Assembly (NCBI GenBank): GCA_002787355.1
Contig: PCWN01000011.1
Location: 121,101 to 185,009 of the forward strand
Length of the DNA stretch: 63,909 nt
Reading direction: 5' to 3'
Source of the DNA: Candidatus Magasanikbacteria bacterium CG11_big_fil_rev_8_21_14_0_20_39_34
GTDB taxonomy: Bacteria > Patescibacteriota > Patescibacteriia > Magasanikbacterales > UBA922
A model generated the notes under the pieces. The model was not told the DNA's origin and did not search any database. It saw nothing but the letters and a program-made list of their open reading frames with translations. A program made the position numbers and the translations under genes. Positions 25,604-32,391 of this stretch are shown here, in pieces. Position 1 is the stretch's first letter. Each line of letters starts with the position of its first letter.

Positions 25604-28600
25604 ATGAATTTTGTCCATCTTCATGTACATTCACACTATTCTCTTCTCAATGGGCTTACCAAAATTAAGCCTTTGGTTTTGGCTGCGAAACAACGGGGTT
25701 TTACCGCACTTGCATTGACAGACAATGGAGCAATGTATGGTGCCATTGAGTTTTACAAAACATGCATAGCAGAGGGGATTAAACCCATTATTGGTTTTGA
25801 TGCATATGTGCAAAATAATGATATTCAAAATGGAGAGATGGGACAGGGGCAAAAAATATATCGCATGGTGCTTTTAGCAGAAAATTATGAAGGGTATGTG
25901 CGACTTATGAAACTTTGTTCAGAAGGACAGCTCTATGGTCTTGTGAATGGAAAACCCTGTATAAATCGTGAAATGATGCAAAAGTATACGGGGGGAATTA
26001 TTGCATTATCTGGAAATATTGAAGGAGAAATTCCACAGCTTCTCAAAGACGGAAATATAAAATTAGCAGAAAAGTTGGCAAGAGAATATGAAACTCTTTT
26101 TGGAAAAGATAATTTTTATTTGGAACTTCAAGATCATCCAGCAATAGAGGGGCAGCTTGATGTGAACACAAAACTTGTTCAACTTTCCAAAGATACGGGA
26201 ATACCACTGGTGGTAAGTAGAGATGTCCATTATCTTCAGTTTGAAGACGCAGAGGCACAGGACATTTTGCGTTGTATCTCTGAGGGGTGGAAAGTGGATT
26301 ATACGGATCGTGAGGATTACCGACATGTTGATCGCTCTTTTAATACACAGGAAGATATCACTTCTCGATTTCGTCATATACCGGAGGCAATTGAAAATAC
26401 TGGAAAGATCGCTGATCGAGTAAATTTAGAGATTGAGCTGGACAAATGGCATTTTGCTCCTGTGGAATTGCCCCCGGGGAAGAATGCTGATGATGTTCTC
26501 CGAGAAGAGGCGTTTCGGTGTGCACCTACTTTTTTTCCTGAAATGGGAAAAGAAATTGTGGATCGATTGGAGTATGAATTGGATATTATCAAAACAAAAG
26601 GATATTCCCCATATTTTATCTGTGTAGCGGATTTTGTGGATTATGCCAAACAACATGGAATTGTAGAGTCTACGCGTGGATCCGCAGCGGGGTCGTTGGT
26701 TTCATATGTTCTTGGGATTACTACAGTTGATCCTATACGATTTAAACTTCCTTTTGAACGGTTTTTGAATCCATTCCGTCCAAGTCCTCCTGATATTGAT
26801 ACGGATTTTGCCGATGATAGAAGAGAAGAAATGATAGAATATGTGACACGAAAATATGGTGAAGATAAGGTTGCACAGATTATTACATTTGGAAGTATGG
26901 CGGCTCGTGCCTCAGTTCGTGATGTTGGGCGGGCATTGGGGCTTTCTTATAACTTTTGTGATCAGGTAGCAAAACTTATTCCTCCAGGTGCACAGGGTTT
27001 TCCTATGACCATTGAGCGTGCATTAAAAGAGGAACCGGATCTTAAAAAACTTTATGAATCCAATGATGACGTACAACGTCTTCTTACGCTTGCACAAAAG
27101 GTAGAAGGTTGTGCACGTCATACATCCATCCATGCTGCAGGAGTAGTGATTTCTCCAACACCCCTAACGGACTTTTCTCCTGTCCAACGTGAAACTGGAG
27201 GAGAAAAATTGGTCACCCAGTTTGAGATGAAGTCAGTTGAAGCTGCAGGAGTTCTAAAGAATGACTTTTTGGGTATTCGCAATCTTGCTATTTTGGGAAA
27301 TGCAATGGAAATCGTAGAGAAAACTACGGGAGAGAAAGTGAATATTTATAATCTCCCACTGGATGATGAAAAAACATTTGATATGCTTGCACGTGGAGAG
27401 ACGATGGGGGTTTTTCAGCTCTCCGGAAGTGGTATGACCAGGTGGCTCAAAGAACTCAAACCAAATCGTATTGATGACATTATGGCCATGGTGGCGCTCT
27501 ATCGCCCGGGGCCAATGGAATGTATTCCAGAATACATTCAACGAAAATATCATCCAGAGCTTATTAAATTTCCGGATCCACGACTTGAAGATATTCTCAA
27601 GATGTCTTATGGATTATTGGTCTACCAGGATGACGTTATGCTTACGGCTATTACTTTGGCCGGCTATGACTGGATGGATGCAGATAAATTTCGAAAGGCC
27701 ATGGGAAAGAAAATTCCAGAGGAAATGGCAAAGCAAAAAATTCAATTTTATGACGGATGTCAAAAAATTGGTGGTTTAAAAAAAGAGGTAATTGATGATC
27801 TTTGGCATGCTATTGAACCATTTGCGGCATATGGTTTTAACAAAGCTCATGCGGCAAGTTATGGAATGGTGGCGTATCAGACGGCTTATATGAAAGCGCA
27901 TTACCCGGTCCAGTATATGACATCTATTTTACAGGCGGAATTTGGAGATGTAGATAAGGTAGCCGCGATTGTGCAGGAATGTCATAGAATGAATATTGAA
28001 GTGCTTCCTCCGGATATCAACGAAAGCTTTAAAAACTTTGCTATGGTATCCAAACCCGGAGAAAAAGGAAGAATCAGGTTTGGACTTACTGCCATAAAAA
28101 ATGTAGGTGAACATATTTGTGATGTTATCTACCGTGAACGAAAAGCAAATGGACAATACAAAAATCTCGAAGATTTTCTTACACGAATACAAGATAAAGA
28201 CTTAAATAAACGTTCGCTTGAGAGTCTTATTCAGGCTGGTGCTCTCGATTATTTTAAGATAGATAGAGGGATACTTCTGGCAAGTATTGAAAATCTTCTT
28301 TTCTTTTCAAAGCAACTCAAAGAGAAAGAAAAATCTCATCAAGATTCACTCTTCTCAGGGACCAATATTGAACTTGATAGTAAAGTTATCTTATCAAATG
28401 TAAAAGGACAAGAAGCGACGATGGCACAAAAGTTGGTTTGGGAAAAACAATTGATGGGACTCTATATTTCTTCACACCCTTTTCTTGAGTATGAAAAACT
28501 TTTTGGGGATACGCTCACACCACTTAACGCGTGTGAATATTTTGATCGTGATGCATGGATTGTCATTGGAGGAGTTGTTGATAAAATTCAAAAGAAAATT

Positions 28601-29107
28601 ACCAAGAAAGGAGATATCATGCTTTTTGTAACGATTCAAGATACAAGTAGTTCTTTGGAGCTCTTGGTGTTTCCAAAAACATATAAAACTACACAGACTC
28701 TTTGGGCGGAAGGTGCTTGTGTTTGTGTAGTGGGAAAAACACCACGTGAAGAGGGAGAAAATAAAGTGTATGTGGAGAATTTATATGTTCTCAATCATGA
28801 GAATAAAGAATCGGTTGCACGGCAGGTAAAGATGGGTTTCTCAGGACTTTCCAAAGAAAAAAGTAAAAAAGCGGGTTCTGAAACACCAAGAGAAAAGTCT
28901 ATCACGCTCACCCTGTCTGCAGAAGATTTACAGAGCAAGGGAAATGAACTCAAAGAATTTTTTGCAAAAAATCCGGGTGAATATCAGGTATATATACGTG
29001 TGGGGGGGAACATGATCCGCGCCAATTCAAAAATTGGCTGGGATGATACTATACAGGAGGTATTGCGAGGAATCATTGGGGAGAGTGTAGGAGAAGTTTC
29101 TTCTTAA
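25604..29107 (+). CDS. dnaE: DNA polymerase III alpha subunit
   Basis: PHP domain FVHLHVHSHYSLL. Also the palm/fingers (GFNKAHAASYG) and an OB fold. 1167 aa. Confidence 0.95.
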   Translation: MNFVHLHVHSHYSLLNGLTKIKPLVLAAKQRGFTALALTDNGAMYGAIEFYKTCIAEGIKPIIGFDAYVQNNDIQNGEMGQGQKIYRMVLLAENYEGYVRLMKLCSEGQLYGLVNGKPCINREMMQKYTGGIIALSGNIEGEIPQLLKDGNIKLAEKLAREYETLFGKDNFYLELQDHPAIEGQLDVNTKLVQLSKDTGIPLVVSRDVHYLQFEDAEAQDILRCISEGWKVDYTDREDYRHVDRSFNTQEDITSRFRHIPEAIENTGKIADRVNLEIELDKWHFAPVELPPGKNADDVLREEAFRCAPTFFPEMGKEIVDRLEYELDIIKTKGYSPYFICVADFVDYAKQHGIVESTRGSAAGSLVSYVLGITTVDPIRFKLPFERFLNPFRPSPPDIDTDFADDRREEMIEYVTRKYGEDKVAQIITFGSMAARASVRDVGRALGLSYNFCDQVAKLIPPGAQGFPMTIERALKEEPDLKKLYESNDDVQRLLTLAQKVEGCARHTSIHAAGVVISPTPLTDFSPVQRETGGEKLVTQFEMKSVEAAGVLKNDFLGIRNLAILGNAMEIVEKTTGEKVNIYNLPLDDEKTFDMLARGETMGVFQLSGSGMTRWLKELKPNRIDDIMAMVALYRPGPMECIPEYIQRKYHPELIKFPDPRLEDILKMSYGLLVYQDDVMLTAITLAGYDWMDADKFRKAMGKKIPEEMAKQKIQFYDGCQKIGGLKKEVIDDLWHAIEPFAAYGFNKAHAASYGMVAYQTAYMKAHYPVQYMTSILQAEFGDVDKVAAIVQECHRMNIEVLPPDINESFKNFAMVSKPGEKGRIRFGLTAIKNVGEHICDVIYRERKANGQYKNLEDFLTRIQDKDLNKRSLESLIQAGALDYFKIDRGILLASIENLLFFSKQLKEKEKSHQDSLFSGTNIELDSKVILSNVKGQEATMAQKLVWEKQLMGLYISSHPFLEYEKLFGDTLTPLNACEYFDRDAWIVIGGVVDKIQKKITKKGDIMLFVTIQDTSSSLELLVFPKTYKTTQTLWAEGACVCVVGKTPREEGENKVYVENLYVLNHENKESVARQVKMGFSGLSKEKSKKAGSETPREKSITLTLSAEDLQSKGNELKEFFAKNPGEYQVYIRVGGNMIRANSKIGWDDTIQEVLRGIIGESVGEVSS

Positions 29108-29135
29108 AAAAACTGCGTTACAGACGCAGTTTTTT
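29106..29135. terminator. Bidirectional terminator between convergent dnaE and tsaD
   Basis: aactgcgt / acgcagtt stem with a flanking A-run and T-run. Confidence 0.8.
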
Positions 29136-29136
29136 G

Positions 29137-30210
29137 TTAAGTAATTTTCCAGTTTGGATTTGCTTGTATATCTCTCCAAGATGTGAAATTTTTATTTTTT
29201 GCTTTCCAGTAAGCTGCCACTCCAATCATGGCAGCATTATCCATGGCGTAGGGAAGTGGAGTCAGATAAAGCGGAAGAGCTTCATCGTATTGTTTGATTT
29301 TTTTCTCCAATGTTTCTCGAAGTCGCTTATTCGCAGATACTCCTCCAACGAGGAAAACGGTTTTTGGTTGATACCGTTCTATGGCTCGAAGCATTTTATG
29401 AGTAAGGACGTCCACAATTGCTCCCTCAAAGGAAGCACAAAAGTCTTCAAGTGTTGGAGGGTTCTGAGGTTCTGCAAAAATACCAACAGGGAGAGCACTC
29501 AGATTGATATGTGCAGCAGAGAGCTTATTGTCACGAAGCCAGTAAAGTGCAGAAGTTTTAAGACCAGAAAAACTAAAATCAAAATCAGGGGTATCTTTCA
29601 TGGGACGAGGAAAAGGGATAGCATCAGGATTCCCATCTTTTCCAAGTTTGGAAATTTTTGGTCCACCGGGATAGCTTAAGTCAAGCATCTTGGCCACCTT
29701 GTCAAAACATTCTCCAGCGGCATCATCACGTGTACCTCCAATTTTTTCATAGACTCCATGATTTTTCATGAGAATAATTTCTGTGTGTCCCCCCGAGACG
29801 GTGAGGCAGAGTATGGGAAAAGCTATTTTTGAAAAAGACTGGTCGGGATGCAAAAAAACAGAATGGAGGTGTCCTTCGATATGATTTACGGGTATAAGAG
29901 GAATATCCCAAAGGTAGGAAAGTGTTTTGGCTGCTTCTACTCCGACAATAAGACCGGTAATAAGACCAGGGCCTGCAGTGACGGCAATGGCATCAGGCTT
30001 TTTTTGCCCTTCCATTATTTCTTCTATGAGGGGGATAATATTTTCTGCATGAGTTCGTCCCGCTACTTCCGGAACGACTCCACCATATTTTTTATGTATT
30101 TCAATTTGGCTTGCAGTTTTTTCTGCAAGTATTTTAACCTGTGTATCTGAAAAATTGAGCAATGCTACGGATGTATCATCACATGAACTTTCTATTGCAA
30201 GGATATTCAT
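29137..30210 (-). CDS. tsaD: tRNA N6-adenosine threonylcarbamoyltransferase
   Basis: MNILAIESSCDDTSVAL, HIEGHL, and the GGVSAN motif near the C-terminus. The ATG at 30210 is preferred over the TTG at 30225. Confidence 0.9.
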   Translation of the reverse strand: MNILAIESSCDDTSVALLNFSDTQVKILAEKTASQIEIHKKYGGVVPEVAGRTHAENIIPLIEEIMEGQKKPDAIAVTAGPGLITGLIVGVEAAKTLSYLWDIPLIPVNHIEGHLHSVFLHPDQSFSKIAFPILCLTVSGGHTEIILMKNHGVYEKIGGTRDDAAGECFDKVAKMLDLSYPGGPKISKLGKDGNPDAIPFPRPMKDTPDFDFSFSGLKTSALYWLRDNKLSAAHINLSALPVGIFAEPQNPPTLEDFCASFEGAIVDVLTHKMLRAIERYQPKTVFLVGGVSANKRLRETLEKKIKQYDEALPLYLTPLPYAMDNAAMIGVAAYWKAKNKNFTSWRDIQANPNWKIT

Positions 30211-30243
30211 AACATTTCTATACAAAGACAGAGATATAGTATC

Positions 30244-30270
30244 AAAAAAGTGGCAACCATGCCACTTTTT
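30244..30270 (-). terminator. Hairpin terminator downstream of tRNA-Glu
   Basis: gtggca acca tgccac flanked by A and T runs. Confidence 0.6.
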
Positions 30271-30274
30271 TACT

Positions 30275-30349
30275 TGGTAGCCCGTAGGGGAATCGAACCC
30301 CTGTTTTCGGGATGAAAACCCGATGTCCTAACCACTAGACGAACGGGCC
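30275..30349 (-). tRNA. tRNA-Glu (anticodon UUC) with genomically encoded CCA
   Basis: Reverse complement is GGCCCGT TC GTCTAGTGGTTAGGAC A TCGGG TTTTCAT CCCGA AAAC AGGGG TTCGATT CCCCT ACGGGCT A CCA. Confidence 0.9.
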
Positions 30350-30483
30350 AGTTAGAAATCTCTAATTGGCAAAATTTTTGTTGTATTCCAAAAAGATATG
30401 CAGCGATTATACAGGTTTTTTGTTTTTGAGTCAAGGAGGAGAATAGGGGATTTCCCAAAATTAAAGAAAAAAACAATTTTTAA

Positions 30484-30512
30484 TTGACAAAAAAGGTTTT
30501 TTCACATATAAT
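30484..30512 (+). promoter_or_regulatory. Perfect-consensus sigma70 promoter driving the GC-rich island
   Basis: TTGACA (30484-30489), exactly 17 nt of spacer, TATAAT (30507-30512). Confidence 0.75.
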
Positions 30513-30518
30513 AGTGCA

Positions 30519-30990
30519 CATTCCGTTTCTGGGGTGGCTCCAAAGGGAGCCTGAAAAGGGGAGACGTGCTGTTCTCAGAAGATTCGGGGAGGGACCCTGT
30601 TGGGGTTTCGTTGGCTCGCAGGGGCTTGTCGCCCCTCTGGGCCGTTCGGGGGGCTGCTGCAGGTGAGAGGCGGCGACGGACAGCTGCAGCTACGGCTGTA
30701 CCCAACGATCTCTCGGGGGCTGATCGCCGTAGGATCCTTCTGGAGGGAGACTATCTGTGAGCTCCGGACAGGAAAAACGTGGAGTTCTCAGCAGGGGTAG
30801 AAGGGGGCAGCTCGTCATTGCTACCGGGGAGAGGACGTTCTATCGCGTTGCAGATGCACGCGACTTCGCTCCCCCAGGCACCAATATCGAGCAGTTCATC
30901 GGCCTTTCGGTAGCATTCGTCCCGCACCCGCAGAAAAAGCGAGTTGCGCAGAGTGTTCGTCTTCTAAGCAAATAAATACCCACCAGAATG
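30519..30990 (+). ncRNA. Candidate large structured RNA of unrecognised class (GC-rich island 1)
   Basis: Hand-counted 60-nt lines give 57-72% GC, against about 32% in the flanks. Multiple hairpins are present, including a UACG tetraloop hairpin and a possible 5'/3' closing helix. I found no RNase P, tmRNA or SRP signature. Confidence 0.5.
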
Positions 30991-30995
30991 AATAC

Positions 30996-31118
30996 CCATC
31001 TTCAGATCACCTAACCGCACCAAAACCTAACCACTTTATTCTAAATTTAGCAAAATTTTGAATAAAGTGGTTGGGTGATCAATCGGCTAGATGATAAAAT
31101 TTTCTTCTTTGAAGATGG
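30996..31118. repeat. Nested imperfect palindrome (three concentric inverted repeats)
   Basis: ccatcttca (30996-31004) pairs with tgaagatgg (31110-31118). gatcacc (31005-31011) pairs with ggtgatc (31074-31080). aaccactttattc (31029-31041) pairs with gaataaagtggtt (31060-31072). Confidence 0.7.
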
Positions 31119-31123
31119 AGTTC

Positions 31124-31152
31124 TTGACAGAATTTTCTTTCTTTGATATTAT
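31124..31152 (+). promoter_or_regulatory. Sigma70-type promoter of the rplJL operon
   Basis: TTGACA, 17-nt spacer, TATTAT. Confidence 0.65.
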
Positions 31153-31158
31153 ATTTGC

Positions 31159-31305
31159 ACCGCAGACCGTAGCTTCCTTACTTTGTAGGGATTAAATATG
31201 CTACCGAGGTACATAAAAAGGTGATTGGTTTACTCTGGAATTCAGAGGCCATATCCCACTTAGGTCGATATGTACATGTTTCTGTGGTAATGCCACAGTT
31301 TTTTG
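31159..31305 (+). promoter_or_regulatory. Ribosomal protein L10 leader-like 5' UTR with attenuator terminator
   Basis: A structured leader of about 190 nt lies between the promoter and rplJ. The hairpin ctgtgg taatg ccacag plus tttttt (31282-31304) lies 46 nt before the rplJ ATG. The arrangement is that of the L10_leader (Rfam RF00557). Family membership is not verified. Confidence 0.55.
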
Positions 31306-31350
31306 TTAGGGAATATTCCCTCATTACACAGTAAACTAATCGCCACATTT

Positions 31351-31872
31351 ATGGCAAAAACAAAACAACAGAAGCAGGAAGCAATGGAAAAGTTGTCAGA
31401 AGGTATTAAAAGTGCCAAATCTGTCGTCTTTGCCAACTTTCAGGGACTCAAAGTTTCTGAAATGGAAGAGCTTCGTGCAACATGTCGTGAGCAAGATATT
31501 ACTTGCGTTGCGGTAAAAAAGACTTTGGTAAAGCGTGCCCTTATGGACGCTGGAATGGATGTAGAAACCGAATCCTTTGGAGGAGGTATCGCTGCTTTCT
31601 TTGGAAATACCGATGAGGTAGCTCCTGCTCAGATTGTTGCAAAATATGCAAAAACGCATGAGATTGTAACCATCTTTGGTGGAGTCCTTGAAGGTCAATA
31701 CATAGATGACCAAAAGGTAAAAGCACTTTCAGCACTTCCAAGTAAGCAAGAATTGCTTGGTAAGTTGGTAGGAACTCTAAACGCTCCGGTATCCGGATTT
31801 GTAAATGTTCTCGCTGGAAACCTCCGAGGATTGGCAACTGTTCTCAACGCTATCAAAGATCAAAAAGCATAA
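31351..31872 (+). CDS. rplJ: 50S ribosomal protein L10
   Basis: MAKTKQQKQEAMEKL..SVVFANFQGLKVSEMEELR. It sits directly upstream of rplL. Confidence 0.9.
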   Translation: MAKTKQQKQEAMEKLSEGIKSAKSVVFANFQGLKVSEMEELRATCREQDITCVAVKKTLVKRALMDAGMDVETESFGGGIAAFFGNTDEVAPAQIVAKYAKTHEIVTIFGGVLEGQYIDDQKVKALSALPSKQELLGKLVGTLNAPVSGFVNVLAGNLRGLATVLNAIKDQKA

Positions 31873-31908
31873 ATTCTTATATATTCAACACATTTTTAAT
31901 TGAAAATT

Positions 31909-32325
31909 ATGTCTGAAGAACAAAAAAAGGACGTAGTAGTCCCAGAAAAGTTTAAAGCACTTGTTGAGCAAGTTGAACAAATGTCTGTTCTTGATCTTGC
32001 AGAACTTGTAAAAATTCTTGAAGATAAATTTGGTGTTTCAGCTTCCGCTCCAGCTATGATGATGGCAGGACCAATGATGGGAGCAGGAGACGCTGGTGCT
32101 GCTGCAGAAGAAAAAACATCATTTACTGTTGAACTTACTGCTGCAGGAGACAACAAAATCGGTGTTATCAAGGCAGTAAAAGCTGCTACCGGTCTTGGAC
32201 TTGCTGAGGCAAAAGCACTTGTAGACGGAGCTCCTTCAGTTGTAAAGGACAATGTTGCAAAGGCAGAAGCTGAAGAATTGAAGAAATCTATCGAAGAAGC
32301 AGGTGGAAAAGTTGAATTGAAGTAA
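31909..32325 (+). CDS. rplL: 50S ribosomal protein L7/L12
   Basis: Ala-rich hinge, then the C-terminal domain [54 protein letters not shown]. Confidence 0.95.
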   Translation: MSEEQKKDVVVPEKFKALVEQVEQMSVLDLAELVKILEDKFGVSASAPAMMMAGPMMGAGDAGAAAEEKTSFTVELTAAGDNKIGVIKAVKAATGLGLAEAKALVDGAPSVVKDNVAKAEAEELKKSIEEAGGKVELK

Positions 32326-32342
32326 ACACACCAATACAAAAG

Positions 32343-32375
32343 AAAAAGACCTCGTATAAATCGAGGTCTTTTTTT
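32343..32375. terminator. Bidirectional terminator after rplL and the convergent 32392 gene
   Basis: aaaaagacctcg / cgaggtcttttt. Confidence 0.8.
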
Positions 32376-32391
32376 ATTTTATAATTCAAAA

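Noticed and set aside
23170-25604. Replication origin near parAB/dnaE
   Set aside because: I found no clusters of DnaA-box-like 9-mers (TTATCCACA or its complement) and no dnaA/dnaN genes in the window.
29134-29679. 181-aa plus-strand ORF
   Set aside because: It is entirely antisense to tsaD, which has unmistakable Kae1/TsaD motifs. Its translation is Cys/Ser/Phe-rich noise.
30519-30990. Island 1 as RNase P RNA, tmRNA, SRP RNA or 6S RNA
   Set aside because: I searched both strands by eye and found none of the diagnostic elements:
- GAGGAAAGUCC or ACAGAA(N)GGCUUA (RNase P).
- A GGUUCGA-type T-arm with an ACCA end and G3-U70 acceptor, or an Ala-rich tag ORF (tmRNA).
- A GGAA-tetraloop helix 8 with AGCAGC (SRP).

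The length is also wrong for 6S or 4.5S RNA. A covariance-model search is still needed, because eye matching can miss divergent CPR versions.
31896-32339. 147-aa minus-strand ORF
   Set aside because: It mirrors rplL. The Ala/Ser-rich translation arises from the antisense of the Ala/Glu/Lys-rich L7/L12 gene.
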